From: Paragordius varius
Taxonomy: Eukaryota > Animalia > Nematomorpha
Direction: 5' to 3'
DNA length: 64,000 bases
Assembly (NCBI GenBank): GCA_964247055.1
Contig: OZ176057.1
Span: forward strand, 2,604,001 to 2,668,000
The notes under the pieces are model-generated. The model saw nothing but the letters and a program-made list of their open reading frames with translations, ran no database searches and was not told the origin of the DNA. Positions 12,200 to 25,854 of this stretch are shown here, one piece after another; the first letter of the stretch is position 1; the number at the start of each line of letters is the position of its first letter. The translations under genes were made by a program, and so were the position numbers.

Positions 12200-15100
12200 T
12201 TAAAGACTAGATTTTTTAGTGGTAGAAAGAGTGCTGCGAGGATGCAAAAAATTATATAATTTTTGAGCAGCAATCTTATTTTCCAGGATTTGAGTTAATT
12301 CTTCTAAAGTCGTTTGTGTACATAAGTGAGTCAGGTTTGGGATTTTATTATAAATCAGGGCAACGTTTCGGGTATTTAAACCTGGCATTCGAATTAACAT
12401 ATTTCTGGCAGCTTGAGTGTATGTTGATTGGGTTATAGTTGAATCTATAATTGCATTTGTGATAAAATAAAGATATATTTAGGCATGGATAATAAGTTTT
12501 TAGATGAAAATTAGTATTTTAAATACCTAAAAAGTAAAAATTAAAGATCTTATTCCACCTTAAAATGATATTTTTCACCTTTATTTTACCTATGTTTTAA
12601 TTTAAAATAAAAGTAACTAATTTACATAATTCATATTTGGCATGTTTAATTTAAGGATAATAATATTTTCGATTTCAAGTATTGTCTTAAAACTTTAATT
12701 TTTGCTTGAGAAGATATATGAAAATAAGTTATTAAAAGAAAATATCTCCATAACTTTATAAAATCAGGAAAAAATTTATGTAAAAACATAACCTATATAG
12801 GGATTTTAATATCAATTCTCGAATACAAATGTTGGCATACCTAATATTTAACAATCTTAATCCTTAAAGTTTTGAGATTTAATATTTCTTATCAAAAACA
12901 AGGTTATTGTCAGACTTAAAATCGAAAAAAGTTATTTAAATTCTTATCTTTCCAACGTTTAAATCATCGCTTCTTAGAAATGTGATTGTCGCACACATAC
13001 CTCCAACAAAATTGAATATTTTTCAAAAACAAGGTTATTGTTGGAATTAAATAACTCTTTTATCTAGAAAAGTTAATTAAACTCTTATTTTTCCCAAGTT
13101 TTAAATTCACGTTCTCTTAGAAATTTAATAATCGTAGAAAACCTCCAACAAAATTGAATATTTGTTACCAAAAACAAGATTATTATTGTACTTAAAATCT
13201 AGAAAAATTTATAAACTCTTTCTTATTTTCCCAAATTTTATCAAACACTTCTTAAAAATGTGATTGTCACACACATACCTCCAACAAAATTGTCAGGATT
13301 AGGTTCTTCCTTATGGCGTTTAAGTTGAATAAAAATCCCAATTATAAAAGCTTAGTTTTAATATTTTTCATCAAAAACAAGATTATGGTTGGACTTAAAA
13401 TCTAAAAAAGTTAATTAAACTCTTATTTTCCCCAAATTTTAACATACAATGTAATAATTGTAGAAAACCTCCAACAAAATTGTCAGGATTAGGTTCTTCC
13501 TTATGGCGTTTAAGTTGAATGAACAGCCGAGCAGTCATGGCGGGATTCGTGGACCAAATAAGTCTTAGGGTTGGAAACGTTTTCGTTAACAACACAAGTT
13601 TGGATTGTATGTCAAAGGGTGAAATCTCTGAACTAAATGTTGTACCACTGGTCATACTAGTATTATTTTTATTGTAGGATGATGGTCGAACCTTAGGAAA
13701 ACATGGTGTGTATAATAAATTTAGTTTTTGTTTAACAAAATATGGTTTGAGATTTGGGTTGGTTAAAATGTTTGATTTACGAGGTTATATGGTTATATTA
13801 AAATACAAATTAGCTATATATAATGAAATATTCAAAAAATCACCTATAAACCATTTTTGTGATGTTTTTGTTTCTAAAACGCTACCAAATACTAACTATA
13901 ATCTTACTTATTCTCCAACCCACCCCCCTATTCAAGTCCAAAAATCAAAATTATATTGAATTTTTAGTAAATTTATATAAAGAAAAGTTTCATTTTTCTT
14001 TTGATACAAAAATAAAAAATTAATTTCGCTTACCTTTAACCAAAACGGTCTAAATTCATCATCGAATTCGAGGAGTAGGATAGGCCTTGTAAAAGCAGAA
14101 ACCATAGATTGACATTGGGTATATAAGCGCCCCGAAGCAAAAGATTGTACCAAGTCTGGTATACTTTTTCGTTCAACACAAGTTTGAGGTGTAAGTATGT
14201 AATCACCTACCCTTAGAGTTAAGGGTATGAGTGTTATGTAGTTTTGAAACGTTGACTGTTCTACGACAAAAATTATAAAGACACTATTATGTATATAAAT
14301 GGATTTTAGAGCGCATGAACAATATAAAACCGATATAAATTTCGTGGCAGTTGGAAACATTTGCGGATATTCCATTTACTTTTCATTCCCAACCTTGAAA
14401 AATTCAAATTTACCCTTGAACAATTCAAATTCACCCTAAAAACAATTTATGTGTTATCGGGCTAATATAACTCAGTATTCATACTTAATATATTTGTATG
14501 GCATACTTTATTGATTTTTCAGTAATTTTAGACGAAATTTATTTTTAAAAACACATTATTTATTTTTAGATTAAATTTGAAATGTTCAAGGGTCAATTTA
14601 AATTGTTCAAGGGTGAATTTGAACTGTAAATGGTATATTTAACATAAAGAGATTTAACAAATAATTTATGAGGCCAAAAAACCCCTAGAGGGCCGCCGTT
14701 TTATTACAACTGTATGAAAAAACATGAAATTATACATAGACAAAAAAAAGGGTAAAAATAGTCGAATATATGAAAGACAAACTACTATATTTTTTCAAAC
14801 TTATTGTTTCTATATAAAGTGTTTAAATGCTTTTGTAAATTATAAAACTCATGTTAAGTATATACATTTCTATCACATACTTTAAATTAAAAAAAAAACA
14901 ATGAAAACAGGTTTGAAAAAGTATAGCGGTTATATGGTCTTTATATTTTTACGTTTTGTCCGTAAAATTATAATTTTTACTATAATAAGTTAGGGTAAAA
15001 TCTAATATAAATAAAAAAAGTAAAAGCCTAGACAATATAATAGAAATATAATTGAATAAAAATTGGTGCGTATAGATATATGCATTTTCATTGCGATTTT

Positions 15101-17602
15101 TAGTTTCTTTTCGTCAATAAATTTTGACACTGCAAATAATATTGGAAATTTTTAATTTTTGCACAAAAAATAAAAAAAATATATTATATGAAAAATTAAT
15201 AATTTAAAGTTTTCTCAGACAAACTATATAAGTTTAATTGCGATTGTGTATCTTATTCAATTTTTGGGTAAAAAATCAAAATAACATTTTTTTTCAGAAC
15301 AAGGTTATTGAAATACTCTAAAAACGGTTTTTAGAAATTAATCCATTTTCAATATATTTTCAAACCATTAAAAATAAATTTTACTAAATTTACCGTCCAC
15401 CATGCAAATTGATGAATAAAAAATCAGATTTTTGATATAAAATCAAAAGTAAATTTTCATTAAATAAATTTGGGTATCAGTTTTGATCTAACTAACAAAA
15501 TATTTACCATTAAGTTCGGTTTCAAATGTTGAAACGTTTTGAGTTTCAGTAATTGGAATATCATATAGTACAGAGGGGAGATCACTTCGAAATTCACGCA
15601 CATCAATTAATATAATCATGGCTGGGGGTTGCTTTTGAATATTAGAATTTTGATTTCGTTGAGCTTTTTCAAACATGGATAGACCTATCCATAGCATACT
15701 TATTACAATTAATTAGCATGCGTTAATAAATTTTTGCCTTTTTATAGAGGAAAATATTAACCAATACTTGGAAAATTAGATATGTAAAGTTGAAAAGTTA
15801 TAAAAAGATTAAATTTTCCTAAAGTATCCACTTAATAATACTAAATCAAATATAACATTAAACTTTTTTTATTTTCAAAAACATGATGAATTAGTAATAT
15901 TTTCTAAATAAAAGTTATAAGACATATATTTTATTAAAAAGTTTATTTTTAAATTCAAGAAAATTGATTTTACATCCAATTTACATTTAAATGACCATTT
16001 TGCAGCTCAAAATGTTAAAAAATGTATAGGGTTATCATTGTATGGGAAAAATATTTATTTTTTTTTAAAAATTTTATTTTTTTTCTAGTAATTTAAAATT
16101 TTATTACGATAAGTATTACCTCCAGATTTTCTAGTATCCTCATTACTGAATTTCACACCAGATGTGGAAGGAATCAAGGTGTTATCCTGCTGAGCACGTG
16201 ACGTGCTATACGTCTCATGATTGGTCGGAATCACTAAATCCTAAAAAAAGGAAAACATAATTAATAAATTCAAATTCACCCTAAAAATAAATTATTTGTT
16301 TTCGAGCTAATATAACTCATCATTAATATGAAATATACTTTTACGACATAGTTTATTATTTTATCAGTATTATATTAATTTTAAACCTAATTTCATTGTT
16401 TAAAAATATGAAAAAATATAGGTAATTTTTAATGTTAAAGAACACATAATATATTTTAGGGTGAATTTGAACTCCAAATGGTATATATTGTAAAAATAAG
16501 TAATGATAAAAAGCAAAATTAGTATAACAATTATGCATAAAAAGTGATCGTAACTAAAATTTCAAAATAATTATATATAAAAATAAATTATTAAAATAAA
16601 CTCTAAAGAAAGTGTGAAAATTAGTTACATTTTTTAAAAAATCCATTAAATGGTTATTTATGAAAAGCAACACTTTTTAATATTCTGTTTATCTACCACC
16701 ATATATAATTACAGGAAAAAGAAATATAAATTATTATATAAAATTAATGAGTTATGAACTCCTAGACTATAAAAAATCAAAATATTTAAAAATTTTACGA
16801 ATGTATAATATTTAGTTTAAATTTTCCTATGCCTTACAATGTACAAAAATACTGAAGAATTGAATATTCAAAAATCTGTTTTGGAAAAAGGCTGGTCTTA
16901 AACATAATCTTAACATAATTAAAACAATTTTTACACGTTTTTACTATAGTATACCTTAGAAAAACTAATTTATACTTTAGTTATGAAAAAAATATATTTT
17001 AATAACTGCTAAAAACTCAAAAAAATCTAAAAAAGCTTTATCACTTCTATTCATTTATATAAAACCGCCACCACAAGATATATACGTATTATATCATAAA
17101 TTTTGTATAAAAAATCAAAGACCTTGCTAAAAAATCTGAAAAAAACCTTATATTTTATTTAAAACCGCCCCCACAAATAACTACGTCGTATTATATCATA
17201 CATTTTGTATACCACACTTACCCGTTTTTGGGCGATTAAGTTTTCAAATGCATTTTTTTCCTGTTTCAGACTAGTTAGGTAGCTCTGTTCCTCTAACGAA
17301 TCCTCATACACGAGAAAATAAACCTTGATTTGAGCAGCCAGCATTAAAAGTTGTTGATTTTTGTCATTTGCTTTTTGTTCAAGGCTATTGTCATCAACAT
17401 TTTGATTATTATCACCGAATAATTTGTTACAAGAGTTTCGATGTCTTAAAGCTTGATAAACCTTAAGTTAGAGGTAAAAATTTTGTAATATAATATATTA
17501 ATTTAGAATTGTTTTAATACTTTCAGAAAAAAATGATTGGAATCCAATTGTATCATAAATTTTGAAAGGGTGAAAGGTATAGAACCATAAAATAAAATGT
17601 GG

Positions 17603-17633
<31 letters not shown>

Positions 17634-18085
17634 CCGAAAATAATAGGTTATATAAAATTTTAAGATTAAAAAAATGTGGTTTACTCTTTGTAAAATAATC
17701 AAAAACTTTATCGTTTATATTAACATTAATATGCACATTTTTTAGGTTAATTAAAAATTGGTTTATAATAAAATTCTCCAACTATTATAGGGCCTGCTGA
17801 ATAAAAACTAGTATATACTAAAAACTAGGTTTTTTCCAGCATATACTAGCTATGTATTGAATAAAAAAATATATTGCTTTTACTATCCAGTACGTACTAT
17901 GTTTACCAGTATTTACTGACAAATATCATTGAATAAAAATTGTCTTTTTACAAATTTTACCTAGTACCTACTGGTTTTTTTAAGCTGGTAAATAGCAACA
18001 TTTTAAACTATTATTTTTTCACTTAAAATAATATCGGTTATATTTTGATAAAATTTATAAGATAAATGTTTTTTAAATTACATGA

Positions 18086-18121
<36 letters not shown>

Positions 18122-19957
18122 TATTAATATATTAATTAAATATTATTTGTTTTATTATTAATAATAATTTTTTTCCATCTCTATTTTAAGCTTTGTGAGT
18201 TCAATTTGCAGAGATTATACTTTTGTTAAAAAATATTGGTTTTTTTTCAAGAATGTCCACAATCATCATTTTCTTCGATTATTTCATTTTTGTGTAAAAT
18301 ATTTGAGTTTATATACTTTATAATGACCTTAATTTTATTTTATAAACATTTAAATTTTATATATTTGAGTGAATTTTGAATTAAGCTATTTTATATATAA
18401 AAAACCACCGATTTATTCATATTCGAGTTATGATTAAGATAAAATGACCTTTTCATATTTTGGTTAAAAATTAAATATATCTTTAAGGAAACTAACTCCC
18501 AAGATGCAAATGGAGGTATTTATAATATCATGAATCTAGATTTTGTGTTAAGATATCATGGAGATCCGGGATATCAAGCGGGTATAGGACATGATTTTAA
18601 TGTTCATAGTTCCACATTATGCAAAACTATACCTAAAGTATGGACGAAATAGTATCAAAATATCATTGGGTAAAAATTCCCAAGTCATTTGAAGAGCTTA
18701 ATATGGCGAATAAATTATGGCTATCCAAATATAAAAGGCCAACTGCTATTGGTTGCATTGATTGTTCACACTTTGAAATATTAAGATTTAAAGAAAATGT
18801 TGAGGCCTATATAAATCGAAAGGGTCGATGTACCCTCAATGTACAATTTACATGTAATGCCAATGAAGAAATTACAACCGTGGATGCACAATGGCCAGGA
18901 TCTGTACATGATTCAAGGATATGGCGAAACACGATTGTTCAGTCATATATGTGCAAACAAAATGAAATTTGTTTGTTAGGTGATAATGGATATCCACTCT
19001 TCTATCATCCTGGCTCCTAACCCCCTTCAAAAATACGATGATCGATAACGGAAAAAATTCAATTACATTGTTCTGAAAGAAACATTATCGAGCGCAGGTT
19101 TTCGGTCAAATGAAGACCCGATTTCCTATACTTGGTAACGAAATTCGTTTAAGTCTAGAACGAATCCCAAAACTTATATTAACATGTTCCATATTACATA
19201 ATGTATCCAAATATATTAACGAACCCTTAACAGAATTTTTTAGTAATTCATATTTTGATATTGAATATGTGGAAGATTGTGAAGCAAATATTGATCTAAC
19301 CCAAATACTCAAGGCTGAAAAATGAAACGAGATTTAATTGTTCAAACATTATTTTGATTTATTTTTTGTGTATTTATGAATAAATGTGTATTAATAAATG
19401 CATTATTTAAAAATATGGGTAGATAATCGATATTTATTTTCCAAAAGTTAGACTTTCTATTTTACATTATAAATTTTTCAAAGGCATTTTATGAATGAAA
19501 TCGAAAAAAAACAAAATGAAAATAAACATTTTACACATACTAAAGACTTAAGTATGTACATGATAGTAAGTACCTATTTTTATTCAATGTTTTTTCAAAA
19601 ATTGGTACATACTATCAAGCACCTACTACCCAGTAGGTGCTTGTTTTTATTCAGCAGGCCCATAATAACAACTTATTCAAAATCTAAGAAGTACATTCTA
19701 ACCATTAAAAAATTAATTAATTTATAAATTATTAAACTTCTTTAAAATTCCCATAAAAGTTACTTCAATTTGGCGCGTAACATATAGATCAGGATCATTT
19801 ATGATTATATGGTCGGCATTTAGGTCTAACCAGGTGTCGATTAAATTACCCGTTTTCGATATAATATCAGTGTAACATAAACAATGTATCATTTGTGAAT
19901 CAAGATATGACATATTAATGTTGCCAAAATTTTGCGTTTCAAACGTTCCTAAAAAAA

Positions 19958-19999
<42 letters not shown>

Positions 20000-22900
20000 T
20001 TATTGCTACATATATTAAAAATATACAGTTTAAAGTCTCTTTTTTCCTTATTTATGTAAGGGTAAAAACTTAAATTGTATCCGGACATGTAAAGGCTCGC
20101 TTTAAAACTCGCCCAACTGCCCAGGGCTGACAATAAAATAAAAAAAAATTGCCTAGTTTCGGGGTTCGAACCCTGGCCCGGTGCCCTAACTACCTTTTAT
20201 ACCAATTTCAATGTTAATTGAATCAATATATTTAATTAATATTTATTAGTCAGTCCTTGATTGAATGCTGCTAATTCATTATTTTACCTCTTTGTCTCAA
20301 AAATATCTGTGTAAAAGGAAAAATGATATAACTTTTAACTAATACTCTAAAAATTCAGGGAGTTAAAGAAAATGGAAAAAAAATTGTAAAAATAAAATGA
20401 AAATAACCCCAATTATAAAAAATATACCCCTATTTTTGAAAAAACATGCCCTCTAAATCATATAGAAAAAATAATTTCAAAAGTAATTAATAGATATAAG
20501 TAACTTTTAGATTGTGTGGGTGGTAAGCCATTATTTTTTGTAATGATTTTCTTGTTTTTAATACTTTTCCCGCCAGTAAAAGTCGTCGTTTTTAATCGTT
20601 TATTAATATTTTTGTTGAATTTCGTAAATGATTTTTTCTATATATATATATATATATATATTGTAAGTATAAAAATTGGGTATAGAATAGAATATTGAAA
20701 GCAATTTTGCTAAAAAACTCTAATAATATTGCTAAAATTTTTATAAAATCCACATATTTCAAAGATTTTCTTGAGCTTTTGTATAGAAAGAAACTTTTAG
20801 ATTGAGGTAGTTTTTAAAACTTAAGGGCTTATTACTATTAATAAAAATTTAATGATTTATATAACTAATAATGCAATTTTACATTTCAATATTAAAAAAA
20901 AAATTATATATTCAGAAAAAAAAACTTTCAAAATAAAAAATTAAAGATACATAGTAAATTAAAAGCACTTCAATACTGTTTTATAACAAAATATATTTTT
21001 TGTCATTATACACTTTTTATACTTCAATTTTAATTTTTAACCCTGGACTTGACATTAATTGACACAATTTTACTGTAATTAAAAAAAATACTTTATTGTT
21101 CTCAGGTACCATTATATATTCTTCATTTTTGATATCTGCATCACAAAAATATATTGAATAAAAAAACCAAAAATTAATTTTAATTAAAAAATAATAAAAA
21201 ATACCAATTTTTGAAATGTCATCATTGGATTGCAAAGTATTTTCAACAATTTTATTATTAAAATTATTGTCAAATAATTTAGCTTTTGATATATAAGTTT
21301 GAATATCAGTAATTGTATCTTGATGCTTTACCATTATACAGATTGTAGGACTTTTATTGGTCGTAATTCCAAAATCCACAATATTTTCAGTGTTGATTTT
21401 GGGTTCAAATTCACTTTTTATATCATTTTTTTCATTTTCAAAAAATGTTTGTGCGGATTTAATATGTTTGGATTCATTTTCGAAATTAAAAGTATCTAAG
21501 TTTTTAAAAAATATAAAAAATAAAAAAAATAAAAAGATAAAATAAAATTATTTTAAAATTACGCTTTTATGATATGATGCTTTTTTGTTATTATATCATA
21601 AGTTAGGCAAAGCAGTTTACAGTTATAATTGTAATTATATAAACAAACGTTTAAAAATTTTATTTTTTTAAAAAAAAATGGCCCCAAAAAGTTGCCTTTT
21701 TAATGTTAATAAAAAAAATTCCATTAATAATTTAAAAATTAATTTTTCCAAAGATAATTTTTTTTGAAAAAATTTAATCCATTTTTTTAAATTAACTCAA
21801 GTTTATAATTTATATTGAAAATAATAAGTCTATGAATTAACAAAAAATGTTAATAATTTAATGAACATATACACAGAGTATGGATTTTAATGGTTGCTTA
21901 TTTCACACTTCTATAGTAGGGGGCAATTTGCAACACAGTAGTGTATGGAAAAAGCAACAAAATGTTCAATAAAGTATCTTTATTTCACTTTTTTTCCATA
22001 CACTACTGTGCTGCAAATTGCCCCCACCTATAGTCTAAAACAAAAGCAACCATTAAAATGCATACTATATATAAATTACCATTATTCGAAAGAATGTTTG
22101 ATAGAATTTTCGTGAGATTCGTAAATTTTGGATTCTGTTCTATATAGAGAAATAAAATAATGCAATGTTTAAATTTTTATAATATATATATATATATATA
22201 TATATTTATTATGAAGCTTTGAATATTTAGCTATTAAAACTTAAAAAATTATAAATAAACCGTTTTAATTTAAAAAGTAACCATATCAAACCTAAATCAC
22301 CACAAAAATCATATAAAATACATTTTTAAAAACCATCAACTTCGTTATTAAAAACCATTTTTTTTTTCAATAAAATTAATATATACCATTTGAATTTCAA
22401 ATTCACCCTCGTTCAAATTCACCCTAAAAAACTGTGTGCTTTCGAACTAATATAATTCATTAATATAATAAATTTATCTTTATGGCCTAGTTTATTTTTT
22501 TTGCAGTATTATTTTTCAAAACAAAATTTTATTTTTTAAAAATATATAAAAAAGAGGCAATTTTCAATATTAAAAATCATTTAAATTTGAATTGTAAATG
22601 GTATATAAATCTAACCATTGATATCAATTCTATTCTTTGCAAGTTGAAATAGGAGTTCTGACGTAGGCTCCAATAACCATGTTGTATCATTATGAATGTT
22701 TGTCTAACAATAAATATATTGTTAAATTAAAAAATTTAAAAAAAATAAAAAGACAAATATATTTTTTTAAATTTTTTTGATTTTACTTAAATTAATTTAA
22801 TTCAATTATTAAATATATAATTGATTTTGTTGTATCAATATACATGTCTAATTTATACTTTGCAATTCTTAACAGTGAGTTAAAAGTAAAAAAATCAAGA

Positions 22901-23085
22901 TTTAAAAAGTATAGATGTCTTTTAGAAAAATTAGCTTTATTCTTTACGTTTTGTCCGTATAATATTAATTTTTACTGTAAGAAAATTAATTTTAAATGAT
23001 ATATAAAAATTCCAAAAAATTAAGTAAAATTTTTAATTAATTTTTTTTTCGATAAAGAAAACAAAAGTTACTTCTAAAGCCTATT

Positions 23086-23123
<38 letters not shown>

Positions 23124-25783
23124 TTAGATTCGTTAAAAAATGAAATATAGATATTTTTGGATAGACACTCAATATATTCGTATATAAAATAAAATTAAAA
23201 AAATTCAAGAAATATAAAATAATTTTTTTCCAAAAATTTTTTTTATATTATACATTTTACGCCTTATAATTACAATTTTTAAAAATGCTTAACATTAGCT
23301 TTAATCAAAATTTAATGCTTTGTATTTAGATTTTTTTAAATAATAATTGAAATTACTGTAAAACTTTGCAGACCAGCTAATTTCTGAGCTCGCTTTCGAA
23401 TGTCACACAATTCGGTGTAATAGGACAAAGCATCCAATCTATACAAATCCCTATTCAAAGCGGAAAATAATTTTTTTTCAAAAAATAAAGTTTTTCATTG
23501 TTAAAAATATACCATTTACATTTGGAATTCACTCTTGAACAATTCAAATTCACCGTAAAATAAATCATGTGTTTATTAAGAAAAATTATGTAAATTTTAT
23601 AATATTTCCAAAATATGGAATTCTGTTTAAATTTAATATAATGTTGAAAAAATAATAAACTATGTCGTAAAAATATATTTCATATTAATGATTAGTTATA
23701 TTAGCCCGAAAACACATAATATTTTTAGGGTGAATTTAAATTGTTTGAGGGTGAATATGAATTGTAAATGAAATATATAATCCTTTGTGCGTAAAAAACC
23801 CCGGTATTAAAAATGAAATATAATTTTCAATATTCAGATGTAATATTATTAAATATTATAAGTCAACATAATAAAATAAAAAAAGCAAATTAATAAAAAT
23901 TAATTAAATCTGCAGGGGCTAGCCAAAAATAACTTAGAGCTGAGATATCTAAGTTAATCATAAAAAAGACGTATACCAGTGTAAAAAAAAGGTAAGATTT
24001 TATATTTTAAATTTTTACAGCGCACCTCTAAAAAATTTAGCTATTAAGTAAAACATAGTTTTTTAGTATATTATTCGTGTTTTAAAATGGAGAAAAATTA
24101 ATCGTTTGTAGGGTTTTTTTTTCAAAAAACCGTGAAAAGAATTTTTTTGTTTCAAATATAATTTATGTTCACCCCAAAAATAAATTATGTGTTTTTGGGC
24201 AGCTAATATAACTCATCATCCATAATTTAAAATATATTCTTATGGCATAGGTTATTTTTTCAGTATTATATTAATTATAAACACAAAATTTCATTAGATA
24301 ATTCTTTTTAGGGTTGAAAGTCAACTGTAAATGGTATAATATATATATACCCAGTTAATCGACGTAAAGTCCGTAAGGAATGTATAAGGTTTTGCGTTTT
24401 AACCCCCAGTTCATCCCACCAAGGATCAAGTTTAACATGTAAAGTTTCCAAGAAATTTGTGCTAAGCACTGTTTCTAACACAAGTTTTTCTTGAAGGAAA
24501 ACATTAGTAAGGGGACATGAAACTCGAATTTCCTGTCATAAATTATAGAAACGAATAAAAATATAATTGAATATTTTTGGAGGGTTGAAAAATTTGTTTT
24601 TTAACAATTTAAAATGTTTTGAGTTACGTTTTTTATAGCTATATACCTAATATTATATGGCATTTACAATTCAAATTCATCTTGAAACAATTCATACTCA
24701 CCCTTAAACAATTTAAATTTACCCTAAAAATAAATATGCCGGCTAATATAACTCACTATAAATATGAAAATATCTTTATGGCTTACTTTATCTTTTTTCA
24801 GATTATTTTAATTTAAAACAAAATTTTATTTAAAGTTAAAAAAGAATATAGGTAATTATTAATCTTAAAAAAACACAAAATTTATTATATGGCAAATTGA
24901 ATTGTTGAAGGGTAAATTTGAATTGTTCAGGAATGAATTTAAAGTGTAAATGGTATATATATATATTGGTCCAAATTTAAAAATATGCATAATATGGGCC
25001 TTTAAGCGCCTTATTACATTTAAAATTATATGTAATATTGAGAAAACAGCATATATTGTAATTTTTAATAGCTTATTTGCAGAAAATAATGGGCTTTACT
25101 ATTTAATAAAAATCTTATTATGTACAAAACAAACGACTTAATGGGCATAAGTTTGATTAAAACAAAAAATACAGTATAAATTTTAATGGTTGCTTATTTT
25201 ACACTGCTATAGTAGGGCAATTTTCAACACAGGAGTGTATGGAAAAAAGATAAGATATAATTGTTTATTCAAAATTTTGTGGTTTTTTCTATCACTACTG
25301 TGTGGCAAATTGCCCTCCAACAGTGTGAGAGCACCCATTAAAATGCATACTGTAACTCTTATGTACCTTTCTTTTGGAATAAGCTTAATTAAAATTTACC
25401 TTTAAATAAACCCTTAAATTATTTTCCTAAATTTGAAAGAAGTGTAGGATGGTTTATCAGGGATGTCCAATACAAATAGCTTCGTAAGCCGCATTGAAAA
25501 ATCCAAAGGGCTTCAATCGCAAAATATTTAGGAATTAACAATTATTTTAGTAGATTTCCAACATAATAAAACTACTTTTTATTTTAACTATTTTTGGTAG
25601 TTCTTCCAATATTTAGAAAATTTGATCAAAAAAAGTATTTTTACATAGATATCTTAAAATATTCTATTATTTAAAATATCTAAGCTGCAAAAAAAATTAA
25701 GATGGCCGCATGCGATTGGACAGCCCTGGTTTAAATTATTTACTAATATATACAGGATATATTTAATATTTAAAGGGAAAATT

Positions 25784-25854
<71 letters not shown>

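Noticed and set aside
13932-14375. ORF 13932-14375 as a complete gene starting MEYPQMF
   Set aside because: Only 14260-14034 is XPF-like. The rest is intron read-through, starting in a MITE end.
18516-18539. A second 24-nt GT-AG segment, in the Harbinger transposase
   Set aside because: Removing it does not restore the frame; a 26-nt insertion at 18522-18547 explains the alignment better.
22381-24350. MITE A as an intron-creating (introner) element
   Set aside because: Splice sites lie outside the TIRs, and the introns are much longer than the elements.
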